Positions 39,919 to 50,311 of a stretch of DNA of 64,000 nucleotides are shown in pieces. The notes beneath the pieces were generated by a model. It saw nothing but the letters and a program-made list of their open reading frames with translations. It was not told the DNA's origin and ran no database searches. The position numbers were made by a program, and so were the translations under genes. Location: contig OY781964.1 in NCBI GenBank assembly GCA_963677485.1, forward strand, positions 2,304,001 through 2,368,000. Reading direction: 5' to 3'. The stretch comes from Armatimonadota bacterium (GTDB lineage: Bacteria > Armatimonadota > HRBIN16). How positions within the stretch are numbered: the first letter of the stretch is position 1; every line of letters starts with the position of its first letter.

Positions 39919-41226
39919 ATGACCATAAAATACATGCTGGGCTTTGTGATGATTTCGGCTATGGCATTGCCAATGGCTGTATTGGCACAACAGCCCGAAA
40001 TGCTGAACTTGCAGCAAGGTATAGAGACGGCACTCAAGAACAACAGGACGATCAGGAAAATCTACCTTCTAGATCAAAAAGCCCAAATCAATGACAAAGG
40101 TGCTAAGAACGCCTATTTGCCCACGCTGGGTGTGAGCGGTAACTATACGCTGTTGGATAAGGCGGGCACGGTTGATGTGAATGGTGATACCATCACGACC
40201 AGCCCGAAAGACAACATCACCGCTGGAGCGACCTGGACGGTGCCTATAGACATCAGTGGCATGATCCGCAATGGGGTGCTGGTGGCCAAAAGCAACAGCC
40301 TGGCGGCGCGGTTATCGCTGCAGATGGAGCAAAACAACCTGGTGCTGACGGTGCGTGAGGCCTACTTCCAGATATTGCGAAACAAGGCCAGCCTGGCGGT
40401 CGCAGATGAGGCTGTCAAGAACGCAAAGGACCGTCTGCGGACGGCGCAGGCTCTGGTGGATGCCGGTGTGAGCCCTCGGCTGGATATCAGCCGTGCGGAA
40501 GCAGCCGTGGCCGCGGCAGAGCAAGTGCGCATCAGTGCTGAAAACGGGTTGGAGATAAGCAAGGCATCGCTAAACAGCACTTTAGGGCGTGATGTCAACA
40601 CAGTGTATGATGTGCAGCCTGTTGAAGATGCGGTATTGCCTACTGCTGGCTACGACGCGGCTGTGGCGGAGGCACTAGTGGCAAGGCCGGAAATGGCCTT
40701 GTCGGATGTCAACATTGAATTGGCGAAGCGAGGAATCCTCTATGCTCGCAGAGGCAGTATGCCCACACTGGGTGTGAGCGGCAGTTGGCAGCTCAACCTC
40801 ACACCAAGTGCGTTTGCCAATAGAGACATCCAGTATGCCACCACCGCCTCTATGTCATTACCTGTGTTTGATGCCCATGCGACACGAGATGCCGTCAAAC
40901 AAGCGAAGTTGAGCGTTGATGAGGCAGACATCAATAAGCAAGATATGGAAGAAGCCGTCAAGCTCGAGGTCCGCCAGGTGACGCTGCTGATTAAGGAGGC
41001 ATCGGAAAAGGTGACCTCCGCAAACAAGGGAGCCGAACAAGCTGGAGAGGCGTTAAGGGTTTCGCGCGTGCGGTATGAAGAGGGTGTGGCGGACCAGATC
41101 GAGCTGAGTGACTCAGAGTTGATGTATACACAGGCGCAGTTGAACCTGGTCAATGCGAGGTTCGATCTGCTGACTGCCGTTTCGAGGTTTGACCGCGCGC
41201 TTGGCAAATACGCCATAACGGAATAG
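39919..41226 (+). CDS. TolC family outer membrane efflux protein
   Basis: Signal peptide; ALKNN, YLPTL, V..AYF.., ARPE, SLPVFD, RYEEG..D..EL motifs. Confidence 0.9.
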   Translation: MTIKYMLGFVMISAMALPMAVLAQQPEMLNLQQGIETALKNNRTIRKIYLLDQKAQINDKGAKNAYLPTLGVSGNYTLLDKAGTVDVNGDTITTSPKDNITAGATWTVPIDISGMIRNGVLVAKSNSLAARLSLQMEQNNLVLTVREAYFQILRNKASLAVADEAVKNAKDRLRTAQALVDAGVSPRLDISRAEAAVAAAEQVRISAENGLEISKASLNSTLGRDVNTVYDVQPVEDAVLPTAGYDAAVAEALVARPEMALSDVNIELAKRGILYARRGSMPTLGVSGSWQLNLTPSAFANRDIQYATTASMSLPVFDAHATRDAVKQAKLSVDEADINKQDMEEAVKLEVRQVTLLIKEASEKVTSANKGAEQAGEALRVSRVRYEEGVADQIELSDSELMYTQAQLNLVNARFDLLTAVSRFDRALGKYAITE

Positions 41227-41237
41227 GGAGAGACTAC

Positions 41238-42689
41238 GTGAATTCAGTTAACCCTTCATATAGAGTTCCTGTGATCGCTGTAGCCACGCTGTTTTTATTT
41301 GCTGGTTGTGCCGGCAAAAAGAAGGTTGAGAAGGCCGAATCGGCTTTACCAACCGTAGGTGTTGTGGCTGCCACCAGGGGAGATATCCCATTTACCATCT
41401 CGGTGACTGGTGCCTTGAGTGCCGAACGCGATGTCGTGTTGTCTCCCAAGAACACCGGCCGAGTGAAGTCTGTGACTGTGCGCGAAGGTGATCGCGTGAG
41501 TGCTGGCCAGATAGTCATGGTTCAGGAGAGCTCGATGAGCAACCTGAGCGTTCAGGAGGCCCGTGCCGCTGTGGCGATGGCTGAAGCCCGTCTGGCAAGA
41601 TCCATCACCGGCATGAAGGTGCAACCGGCATCAACTGATGCCAGCATCCGCGGCGCAAAGGCCACGCTGGATGCAGCAGAGGCCCGCATGAGAGCGGTAG
41701 ACGCCGGAGCCAGGCCCCAGGAGCGCGCAGCTGCTGAGGAGGCCGTGAATGTGGCCCAGGCCAACATGGAGAATGCCCGACAGAACTACGTGCGCATCAA
41801 AGGGCTGTTTGAGCGTGACGCCATTGGCCGCCAGCAGTTGGATGTGGCGAAGGCTAACCTGACTGCTGCGGAGGCGCAGCACCGCAGCGCACAGCAGAAC
41901 TTGAATATGGTGCAAGAGGGCTCCCGTCAGGAAGATATAGATGCCGCCCGTGCGAATGTGCAGCAGGCCAAGGAAGCACTGGCCGCAGCCGAAACTGGCC
42001 GCAGTCAGAACAGTCTGAGGGTTCAGGAAGTTGCGGAAGCCAAGGCGGCTGTGGCTCAAGCCAAGACCGGGCTGGCTCAGTCGATGCAGGTTGTTGATGA
42101 CTGCATCACCCGCAGCAGTATCAGCGGTGTCGTTGCCCAACGTGACACAGAACCAGGAGCCATGCTGGATGGCGGTAAACCGGCCATGCGTATTGTGGAT
42201 ATGAACAGCATCTATTATGAGGCACGGGTTCCTGAAAACCTGGTGCGCTATGTGCGTTCCGGGCAGGCGGTCCATGTGAGTGTGGATGCATTCCCTGGCC
42301 AATCTTTCAAGGGTGTCGTCGCAAAAATCTACCCTGTGGGCCAGGCTGGCAGCCGTGACTTCACAGTGCGTGTCAATATCGCGAACGCGAACGGTAAGCT
42401 AAGGCCTGAGATGTTTGCCAGGGGCGAAATTGTGGCCGACATCCATCACGATGTGGTGGTCGTGCCGCGTGATGCGCTGCTTCAGCGGACATCCGGAGTA
42501 TCGGTGTTCGTGGTAAGCAAGGATGGCATTGCGAAAGAGCTGGATGTCTCCATGGGATACACCAACCCGAGCTCTGCAGAGGTGACCCTTGTCAAGGCGG
42601 GCGATATGGTGGTGGTTCAAGGGCAAGAGAACCTGGCCGATGGCGATAAAGTGAAGGCTGAAAAGACAGTATCCAATATCAACAACTAA
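41238..42689 (+). CDS. RND efflux periplasmic adaptor (MFP), lipoprotein
   Basis: FAG-C lipobox; G.V..V.V.EGD.V..GQ; long coiled coil; LRPEMF; VPRDAL. Confidence 0.9.
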   Translation: MNSVNPSYRVPVIAVATLFLFAGCAGKKKVEKAESALPTVGVVAATRGDIPFTISVTGALSAERDVVLSPKNTGRVKSVTVREGDRVSAGQIVMVQESSMSNLSVQEARAAVAMAEARLARSITGMKVQPASTDASIRGAKATLDAAEARMRAVDAGARPQERAAAEEAVNVAQANMENARQNYVRIKGLFERDAIGRQQLDVAKANLTAAEAQHRSAQQNLNMVQEGSRQEDIDAARANVQQAKEALAAAETGRSQNSLRVQEVAEAKAAVAQAKTGLAQSMQVVDDCITRSSISGVVAQRDTEPGAMLDGGKPAMRIVDMNSIYYEARVPENLVRYVRSGQAVHVSVDAFPGQSFKGVVAKIYPVGQAGSRDFTVRVNIANANGKLRPEMFARGEIVADIHHDVVVVPRDALLQRTSGVSVFVVSKDGIAKELDVSMGYTNPSSAEVTLVKAGDMVVVQGQENLADGDKVKAEKTVSNINN

Positions 42690-42707
42690 CGAGAGGTTAG
42701 ACCCCCT

Positions 42708-45700
42708 ATGTGGTTAACAAACTTAGCCATCAAGAGGCCGGTGTTGATCTGGATGATCTTCTCGGCGTTGGCGGTGATGGGACTGTTGGCGTTGTCCAGC
42801 ATGAAACGCGAACTTGAGCCCAAAGTGGATTTTCCTTATGTGACTGTCGCGACCGTATACGTAGGTGCGGGACCTCAGGAAGTGGAGACTCTCATCTCCA
42901 AACCGCTTGAGGACGCCGTGAACAGCGTTAACGGTGTGAAGCACGTGGACAGCACCAGTCAGGAAGGCATGTCGCTCATCTTTATCGAGTTCAAACTTGG
43001 TACTGATGTGGATGTAGCCGTGAACGACGTGCGCAGTAAGGTGGACCGTGTGCGGGCGTCCCTGCCGGAAGATGCCAAGACGCCAACCATCAGCAAGCTG
43101 GATGCAAACTCCAGCCCCGTCTTCCGGTTTGGCATGACGGGCAAGCGCGAGCAGCGTCAGTTGCGGTATCTAGCCGAAGAGGTGGTCACCAACCGCCTGG
43201 CGCGTGTCTCTGGCGTGGCTGCCGTCAACGTCATCGGCGGTGCCAAACGCGAGATCAAAGTCATTCTTCGACCAGAGCGGTTGAATGCAACCAGCCTGAG
43301 CCCTGATTACGTTGTGGCCGCGATGAAAATGCAGAACCTGAGCGTGCCTGGTGGACGTATCGAGCAGAGCCGGCACGAGTATGCGCTGCGGTTGTTTGGC
43401 GAGTTCCGGTCGCTAGACCAGATTCGGCAGCTTCGCATAGGGGTGCCTGGATATGCCGGTCAGAGTGTGCAGTTGGGCGACATCGCCACCATACTCGATG
43501 CCCAGGAGGAGAAGACGCAGGAGAGCCGTCTGAACGGGCGCAGCACGGTGACAGTAACCGTGCAGAAGACCTCCGATGCGAACACGGCTGAGGTTTGCGA
43601 CGGCGTAATGCTGGAGCTGGCGCAGTTACGGCGTGATTTACCCAAAGATGTGACCTTCCAGGTGACGAATGACGACAGCAAGCGCATCAACGAGAACCTG
43701 CTGGACGTGCAGATATCGCTGATCCTGGCGATCATCCTGGCAGTGCTGGTGGTGTATACCTTCCTTCACAACCTGAGGGGCACCTTCATCGTATCGATGG
43801 CGATCCCGATCTCATTTGTCAGCACCTTCCTGGTGATGAACTCTATGGGGCTGACATTGAATACTATGACCTTGATGGCATTATCACTGGCCACAGGTAT
43901 TTTGGTTGATGACTCCATTGTGGTGCTTGAGAACATCTTCCGGCACCTCTCCAATGGCGAACGTCCGCGTGAGGCAGCCCTCAACGGGCGCTCTGAGATT
44001 GGGCTGGCTGCGGTGACGATCACCCTGGTGGACGTGGTGGTGTTCGTGCCCATCGCGTTTATGGGTGGTATCGCTGGCATGTTTTTCAAGGCGTTTGGTA
44101 TCACCATCGCGGTGGCTACACTGTTCTCGCTGTTCGTCAGCTTCACTCTGACCCCCATGCTGGCCAGCAGATGGTTTAAGGGTGGCGAACACCTGGAGGA
44201 AGCGAAAACCGGCTTCTTCGGATTGTTTGAACGCAACTACGGCAAACTGGAAAAGGGCTACCGAAGGCTGCTGGAGCGTGTTCTGACCCATCGCTGGATT
44301 ACGGTCGGCTTCGGTGTCTGCCTGCTGCTGACCATCTTCATGTTGATCGCCGGTTCACTGGCCGGAAAAACAGAAGCCTCCAAGATGGGCGTCTCGCTGC
44401 TCGGGAGTTTCTTGATACTAGCGGTCATCATAGCGGTAGGCGGTTTCGTGCGGCGTGCGATATGGAACCATCCCGTGGCCCCGGCGATCAAGGGCGCCAT
44501 CGGTCTGGCCGTGATTGGTGCCATCGCCTTTGGCGGTGCGCTGGTTGGCGGAAGCATGACCCACCCACTGCTGCCCTTCCGGTTCTTCGGACAGAGCGAT
44601 AGCGGAGCGGTTGGGGTCAGCGTGGAGCTGCCGGCGGGCACGTCGCTGGCCACGACTGACCGTGTACTGAAAACTCTGGAAAGCCGGATCAAGGCGGATA
44701 AGAACTTGATCCGTGACGTGGCCTCGATCAGCAGCATCGTGGGAGGCACCTCTTCGGGGATGTGGAGTGCTGGTGGGACCGGCTCCAACGTGGGCGAAAT
44801 CTCACTTGAGCTGGCCGAGAAGAGAGCACTGATGGATCAGTTAGCCTTCTGGCGAGAGCATGAGTATCTGCGCACCCGTAAAGACACCGACCTGGTGGAC
44901 ATCACCCGCAAGGCTGTGGGCAGTATTCCGGGCGCGAAGATCACCATTTCGGCGTCAGGTGGTGAAGGCGGCGGCGGGGCACCAATTGAGATCGACCTAC
45001 AGGGCTCTAACACCAACCAACTGGTCACCTCCGCGGCGAAGATTCGTCAAGTGCTTGATAGAACCGAAGGTTGTGTGGATGCCGATGTAAGCTGGAAGCT
45101 GGGTAAGCCTGAACTGCAGTTCACGTTGGATCAAAATCGAGCGGCCGACCTGGGGGTGAACCTGGTGACGGTGGCGACAGCCGTGCGAACCTATATCGAG
45201 GGCAACACGGACGTGAAATACCGCGATGCAGGGAAGGAATACGACATCAGGGTGCAGCTGCCGAAGGACATGCGCACTGACCTCGATGGCGTGGGAGACC
45301 TGGTGATCACTTACGTAAACGGGGCACCTGTCAGGTTAGTCGATTTGGGAAGCGTCCGGCTGACCAGCGGTCCCACCAAAATTGACAGACGTGACCGGGA
45401 ACGACAGGTCGCCGTCACCTGCAACCTTAAGCCTGGGTATCTGCCCGGCAACATGCAGGGGGTGATCGACGCCGCGATTGCTAAGGCGAAGGTGGTGCCG
45501 CCTGGCGTGAGACTAGCCTGGTCGGGTGAGAACCAGCTCATGGCGGAAGAGGGAACCTTCATGATGCGTGCGCTGATGCTGGCGATCATTTTGGTCTACA
45601 TGCTGATGGCTTCGCTGTTCAACTCGCTGCTGACGCCGTTAATCATCATGCTTAGCCTGCCGATGGCACTGATCGGCGCGCTGGTGGCGTTGATTTTGTG

Positions 45701-46106
45701 CTACAACGCTGGGGTAGATGCCTCGGTGCTGAATGTGGTGGCATTTATCGGTGTGATCATGCTGATGGGACTGGTGACCAAGAACGCCATCTTGATGGTG
45801 GACTATACCAACACCCTGAGAGCCCGCGGGTATGAACGCCATGAAGCATTGCTGACGGCGGGGCCAACCCGTATGCGGCCCATTTTGATGACCGCCTTCG
45901 CGGCGATATTCGGCACGCTGCCCACCGCATTGGCACTGGGACGCGGATCGGAGTTCCGGCAGCCGATGGGCATCACGGTCATCGGAGGGTTGCTGCTGGG
46001 CACCATGCTCACACTGCTGGTGATTCCGGCCGTCTACACCATCTTCGATGATGCGGGGCAATGGCTGAGCGGTCTGGGTCATCGCAAAGCGAAACCGAAG
46101 AGCTAA
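42708..46106 (+). CDS. RND efflux permease (AcrB/SwrC-like)
   Basis: AIKRPV, P.VD.P, GA.P.EVE, GILVDDSIVVLENI, GLVTKNAILMVD, R.RPILMT. Confidence 0.95.
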   Translation: MWLTNLAIKRPVLIWMIFSALAVMGLLALSSMKRELEPKVDFPYVTVATVYVGAGPQEVETLISKPLEDAVNSVNGVKHVDSTSQEGMSLIFIEFKLGTDVDVAVNDVRSKVDRVRASLPEDAKTPTISKLDANSSPVFRFGMTGKREQRQLRYLAEEVVTNRLARVSGVAAVNVIGGAKREIKVILRPERLNATSLSPDYVVAAMKMQNLSVPGGRIEQSRHEYALRLFGEFRSLDQIRQLRIGVPGYAGQSVQLGDIATILDAQEEKTQESRLNGRSTVTVTVQKTSDANTAEVCDGVMLELAQLRRDLPKDVTFQVTNDDSKRINENLLDVQISLILAIILAVLVVYTFLHNLRGTFIVSMAIPISFVSTFLVMNSMGLTLNTMTLMALSLATGILVDDSIVVLENIFRHLSNGERPREAALNGRSEIGLAAVTITLVDVVVFVPIAFMGGIAGMFFKAFGITIAVATLFSLFVSFTLTPMLASRWFKGGEHLEEAKTGFFGLFERNYGKLEKGYRRLLERVLTHRWITVGFGVCLLLTIFMLIAGSLAGKTEASKMGVSLLGSFLILAVIIAVGGFVRRAIWNHPVAPAIKGAIGLAVIGAIAFGGALVGGSMTHPLLPFRFFGQSDSGAVGVSVELPAGTSLATTDRVLKTLESRIKADKNLIRDVASISSIVGGTSSGMWSAGGTGSNVGEISLELAEKRALMDQLAFWREHEYLRTRKDTDLVDITRKAVGSIPGAKITISASGGEGGGGAPIEIDLQGSNTNQLVTSAAKIRQVLDRTEGCVDADVSWKLGKPELQFTLDQNRAADLGVNLVTVATAVRTYIEGNTDVKYRDAGKEYDIRVQLPKDMRTDLDGVGDLVITYVNGAPVRLVDLGSVRLTSGPTKIDRRDRERQVAVTCNLKPGYLPGNMQGVIDAAIAKAKVVPPGVRLAWSGENQLMAEEGTFMMRALMLAIILVYMLMASLFNSLLTPLIIMLSLPMALIGALVALILCYNAGVDASVLNVVAFIGVIMLMGLVTKNAILMVDYTNTLRARGYERHEALLTAGPTRMRPILMTAFAAIFGTLPTALALGRGSEFRQPMGITVIGGLLLGTMLTLLVIPAVYTIFDDAGQWLSGLGHRKAKPKS

Positions 46107-46121
46107 ACGGCTCTGCCACGG

Positions 46122-46154
46122 GGCGGCTGCAGTTTGCAGCCGCCCTTTTTTTTT
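46122..46154 (+). terminator. Rho-independent terminator
   Basis: gggcggctgca-gtt-tgcagccgccc followed by a T-run. Confidence 0.85.
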
Positions 46155-46222
46155 GTCTTGCAGGAAATGATTGCATGGTTGTGGTAGTATTTACATAATT
46201 ACCCTCAGGTGGTGTGTAAAGT

Positions 46223-47512
46223 ATGCCTAAGTTTCTGCTCTTATTGCTGCGTTTGCTGGCATTTCCGCTTAAGGTGTACATGATGCTTGCTTGGTGGTTC
46301 CGAGGTCGAACGAAATGGATTGACCAGGTACTTTATCCCGGCATGTATTACCCATTGGTGTTAACCAGTCTGATTGGCAGTCTATACGCACAGTTGAACC
46401 AAGTGTCGAGTGGCCTTACCCCTCACAATGCGTTGCTGAATGGGTTGTCAACATCACCTATCCTATGCGGGTTACTTGCTTTGATCATGCTGGTGCCAAC
46501 GGCTATTGTGCTGGCGCGTGGCCGAACGCAGTTTCTATTAGCTCTGTTCATCTGCTCATCAACTGTGAGTGCTTTGTCGGGCAAATGGTACGCCGTGGTG
46601 GCTGTGGTCATTGCATATGCGTTACTCGTTGGGTTGCTTAAAAGACTCATGGTAAACGGCGATCTGATGATAACTAAACTCCACTTTGTGCTGGCGCTGA
46701 CCCTGATGATTCTCTTGGTAGTTGCCGTTGTCATGCCTTACACCCGTACATATGTCTATTTTGGAATGGTCTGTGTGATGGTGCTACTGTCGTACTGGTG
46801 TATCATCCCCTCGAACGTATCGACGTCTCCACGAATATCAATGATCCAACGGGCAAGGTCCACCGATGATGCCTGTCCACCATTTGCCAATGATGTGGCT
46901 ACAGTAGATGGCTGGGTGCAGGCTACACCAATCGAGTTTTGGGAACATCTGTGCCACAACTGGGAAATGAGTATCGTACGAAAAGATGAAACTACCGATA
47001 TTGACATGCAGTATATAAACCCACTCGATGAAGGTGTAGAAATTGCATGTGAAGCTCGATGGAGCCGTTTACTTAAAGAAAGTGAACTCGACCCAGATGA
47101 AGACGAATACGAATATGATGAGATATGGCACAGTTTCATCACCGGAAAGCGCGAGGTCAACGCGCATTGTGACGGTGGCAAATGTAAATGGCAGCTAGAT
47201 GAACTCAAGCCAAAATATGCCGCTAGCGATGTGACGGATGAATTAATGGCTCAGATGGACCACATCCTACAGGACAATATCACTCTGCTGAAGCAGATGC
47301 CGGTGGAGATGGTGCTGAACAGCCAACCCATAGTTTTATGTTACGGAGAGCCTAGGTCGAAAGTACATACGCTGTGGGAGTTGCAGACGCTTGACGGTGA
47401 GATTATGGTCAAGGAAAAGCCTACAGTCAACGTGACCGTATATACAGTTGCGTCTGGTAGCGACGGACAAAAATCTCTAGCGATTAAAACTGAGATGGTG
47501 CAACTTGGCTAA
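46223..47512 (+). CDS. Hypothetical membrane protein (multi-TM N-half, acidic soluble C-half)
   Basis: About 6 hydrophobic segments; lower GC. Confidence 0.6.
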   Translation: MPKFLLLLLRLLAFPLKVYMMLAWWFRGRTKWIDQVLYPGMYYPLVLTSLIGSLYAQLNQVSSGLTPHNALLNGLSTSPILCGLLALIMLVPTAIVLARGRTQFLLALFICSSTVSALSGKWYAVVAVVIAYALLVGLLKRLMVNGDLMITKLHFVLALTLMILLVVAVVMPYTRTYVYFGMVCVMVLLSYWCIIPSNVSTSPRISMIQRARSTDDACPPFANDVATVDGWVQATPIEFWEHLCHNWEMSIVRKDETTDIDMQYINPLDEGVEIACEARWSRLLKESELDPDEDEYEYDEIWHSFITGKREVNAHCDGGKCKWQLDELKPKYAASDVTDELMAQMDHILQDNITLLKQMPVEMVLNSQPIVLCYGEPRSKVHTLWELQTLDGEIMVKEKPTVNVTVYTVASGSDGQKSLAIKTEMVQLG

Positions 47513-47588
47513 CAGGTGGTCGGTTGTTTCGTAATTACAAACACCCGCCTGTGCATGCACGGCAGCACAAGCTGTAACTGATACTGTT

Positions 47589-47756
47589 CGTAGGGGCCAC
47601 CCTTGTGGTGGCCCTTATCGTTGTTCGATCGATTGTTTTTTAGGGCGCCCACAAGGGACGCCCCTACAAGCAGTTACAAGCATATCCGCTTCGAGCCAAA
47701 CCGTTTGGGTTGATCGGGCGGATCAGACCGATTCGGGTGATTCGCCTGATCCGCCC
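47589..47756. repeat. Paired GTAG-type REPs and a hairpin
   Basis: cgtaggggccacccttgtggtggccc ... gggcgcccacaagggacgcccctac; gggcggatcag..ctgatccgccc. Confidence 0.7.
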
Positions 47757-47838
47757 TATCCGTCCTTTAAAACCCATCCCCCCCTCAAACCGGACGCTGA
47801 ACCCCATAAACCGCCCATAGGATATGGGGGTGAACCAT

Positions 47839-48543
47839 ATGGTGAAACGTATAGCGAAGCTTTTTGAAGCAGGCCACTACCCCGAGCGCGGTCTTCAGAT
47901 CGAACCTCAGCAGATATCCCAAATCGTACAGCAGTTCCAGGCACCCATCCCCATCACGGTGGAGCACCTTGGGGGCCAATGGCGGCTAGGGGAGCTGGTA
48001 GAGGTGTGGCCGCACGGCGAGGAGCTGCTGGGCAGGCTGGAGCTGAGCACAGAGGCCGACGCGCTGCTTCAACGGCTGGGTATCTTCGGGCTGAGCGTGG
48101 GGCTAGACCCGGGCTGCGAGCGTCTGCTTGAGCTCTCGGTGACCGAGGCGCCGCGTGTGCCGGATGCCCGTATCTTTCGCAAGCAACAGGATCGCATATT
48201 TGGAGGTGAAATCCTGATGGAATCAACACATGAACTGCTTCATGTGGACCGGCAGTTGGAGCAGTGGCTTCAACAGGGGCGAATCACACCGGCGGCAGAG
48301 CCGTTCGCGCGTGCTCTGCTGGAGATGGGTGAGACGATGCAGTTTCGAGAGGGTCAGAACAGCGTGGCGGCTTTGTTCAGCCAGTTTGTGTCCGCGATGC
48401 CGCAGGCGGTGGTGTTCGGCGAGCTCACTCCTGGACAGGCAGCGGCGGGCGATGGGCTGAGCAGCACGCAGCGAGAGTTTCTGGCGAAGCACTGGTCGGA
48501 TGTGCCTGCGGAGCAGATTGCAGCGCATCTGGACCGAGAGTAG
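47839..48543 (+). CDS. Mu gpI-like prohead protease/scaffold
   Basis: LFEAG.Y, P.PI.VEH, LSVG, L.ELSVT..PRV; C-terminal G.ITPA scaffold-like segment; lies upstream of the capsid gene. Confidence 0.65.
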   Translation: MVKRIAKLFEAGHYPERGLQIEPQQISQIVQQFQAPIPITVEHLGGQWRLGELVEVWPHGEELLGRLELSTEADALLQRLGIFGLSVGLDPGCERLLELSVTEAPRVPDARIFRKQQDRIFGGEILMESTHELLHVDRQLEQWLQQGRITPAAEPFARALLEMGETMQFREGQNSVAALFSQFVSAMPQAVVFGELTPGQAAAGDGLSSTQREFLAKHWSDVPAEQIAAHLDRE

Positions 48544-48552
48544 GAGGCGAAA

Positions 48553-48960
48553 ATGGCACGACTATCTGAGAACTGGGACACCCGCATGAGCGAGGGCCGG
48601 GTGATCTGCTATCCGGTGAAAGCCGATGCTGTGATCTACACCGGGGCGATACTGGTGCTGGACGCCGGTTATGTGCGACCCTCCGGTGCTGCGGAGACGG
48701 GCCTATTTGTAGGAATCGCCGCAGACAACGTGGATGCCACTGATCATACGAGCGGGGATTTGAAGGTGCGGGTGATCAAAACCGGCGCCCATAACTTCCA
48801 GGCCACTGGGCTGGTGGCAGCCGACCTTGGCAAGCTAACCTACGCCCCCAACGACGCCAGCGTCAGTCTGAGCGACACCGCTGGCCCCGAGGTGGGTTAT
48901 CTGGTTGGGCTGAACGCCAACGGCACGGTACGGGTGCGTATCGACCGCTCGGTATGCTAG
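48553..48960 (+). CDS. Head decoration/cement protein (DUF2190-like)
   Basis: YPVKA...IY.GA.....AGY.........FVGIA...VD; lies between protease and capsid; AGGAGG RBS. Confidence 0.65.
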   Translation: MARLSENWDTRMSEGRVICYPVKADAVIYTGAILVLDAGYVRPSGAAETGLFVGIAADNVDATDHTSGDLKVRVIKTGAHNFQATGLVAADLGKLTYAPNDASVSLSDTAGPEVGYLVGLNANGTVRVRIDRSVC

Positions 48961-48975
48961 CGAAGGGAGAAGGCG

Positions 48976-49902
48976 ATGTTATCTAAATCCGAAATCGGTC
49001 CGCTTCTTCAAGCGGGGCTTCGAGCAGACTTCCATCGGGCTTACAGTGCCGCGATGGCCGATCTGCTGTATGGGCGTTTGGCCACGGTGATCAGCACCGA
49101 CCGCAGCGTGCAACGTTACGGCTGGTTGGGTGATGTGCCCACCATGCGCGAGTTTGTGGATGAGCGTCAGCCCGCCGGGCTACGCAGCCACGAATACAGC
49201 ATCGAGGACAAGGTGTGGGAGAGCAGCATCGCCGTCGACCGGCGTGCGATGGAGGACGACCAGTTGGGGGCTATCCGGCTGCGGGTGCAGGGGCTGGGAC
49301 GTGAGGCGGCCCGTCACAAAGACCGCGTGGTGGTGGGGTTGATCACCGGCGGTTTCACCGATCTTTGCTACGATGGCACGCCGCTGATCGGCAACACGCA
49401 TAGCGAAGGCGACAGCGGCACCCAGAGCAACGTGGGCAGCGATGGGCTCTCCGCAGAAAGCCTGCAGACGGCCATCGCCGCGATGATGGGTGTGAAGAAC
49501 GACCGAGCGGAGCCGCTGGGCATCCGGCCGGACTTGATGCTGGTGGGGCCTCAACTGATGTTCACCGCGCGCGAGCTGCTTCAAAGCGCGGTGGTGGTGG
49601 AGAAGGGCGACTCGTTGCGCACCCCCTACACCAACGTGCTGAAGGGGCTGGTCGATCTGGTGGTGTCGCCGGACATCACCGACACCAGTTGGTATCTGAT
49701 GGATACCAGTCGTCCGATGCGCGGCGTGATCCTGCAGGAGCGCAGCGATGTGCCGGTGGAGCTGGTGTCGTTGGAGGATGCCTCCCGCAGTGAGAGCGTG
49801 TTCCTGCGCGACCAATACCTGTTTGGCGTGCGAAGCCGGTTCGGCGCCGGTTACGGCCTCTGGCAGGCCGTGTGGGGCAGTACAGGCGGTTCCGGCGCGT
49901 AG
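48976..49902 (+). CDS. Mu-like major capsid protein gpT
   Basis: YGWLGDVP.MRE...ER, Y.I..K.WE..I.V.R...EDD.LG, CYDG......H, PLGIRPD.L.V.P.L, WYL.DT..P, F....YLFGV..R...GYG.WQ. Confidence 0.9.
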   Translation: MLSKSEIGPLLQAGLRADFHRAYSAAMADLLYGRLATVISTDRSVQRYGWLGDVPTMREFVDERQPAGLRSHEYSIEDKVWESSIAVDRRAMEDDQLGAIRLRVQGLGREAARHKDRVVVGLITGGFTDLCYDGTPLIGNTHSEGDSGTQSNVGSDGLSAESLQTAIAAMMGVKNDRAEPLGIRPDLMLVGPQLMFTARELLQSAVVVEKGDSLRTPYTNVLKGLVDLVVSPDITDTSWYLMDTSRPMRGVILQERSDVPVELVSLEDASRSESVFLRDQYLFGVRSRFGAGYGLWQAVWGSTGGSGA

Positions 49903-50023
49903 GATGAGCCTCGCCCTGATGGAATATCGGGCGATCTGGTGATATTGGGGGTCAACACCGGCGCAGAATGTATATCCGCGCCGGTGTTTCTGTGACAATG
50001 AGCGATCGAAAGGGAGGTGCGAG

Positions 50024-50311
50024 GTGGACCAACAGGCGTTCACGCAAGTGCTGACACTTCTGAGCGCAGTGCTGTCGGCACAGTGGGCTTTCACACGCTA
50101 TACGCTGCGCGCGTTGGAGCGTGTGATCCAGGCGCAGGAGGCCACGCTGCAGCAGCGGCTGGTTTCGGTGGAGTCGGCGGTGCAATGCAACGCGGAGGCG
50201 ATGTCCGAGCTGCGGGAGACGATCCGTGAGCTGAGCATGGTCATCGCCCTGCGGAACGGCAGCCCGACACTGGAGCCATCTGCACATCGTATGAAGGAGG
50301 AGACGAGATGA
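50024..50311 (+). CDS. Small TM + coiled-coil protein (holin/BhlA-like candidate)
   Basis: GGAGG RBS; one N-terminal hydrophobic helix then a coiled coil. Confidence 0.45.
   Translation: MDQQAFTQVLTLLSAVLSAQWAFTRYTLRALERVIQAQEATLQQRLVSVESAVQCNAEAMSELRETIRELSMVIALRNGSPTLEPSAHRMKEETR

Noticed and set aside
48976-49902. Encapsulin nanocompartment
   Set aside because: The sequence carries Mu gpT motifs and comes with a protease, portal, connector and lysin rather than a cargo enzyme
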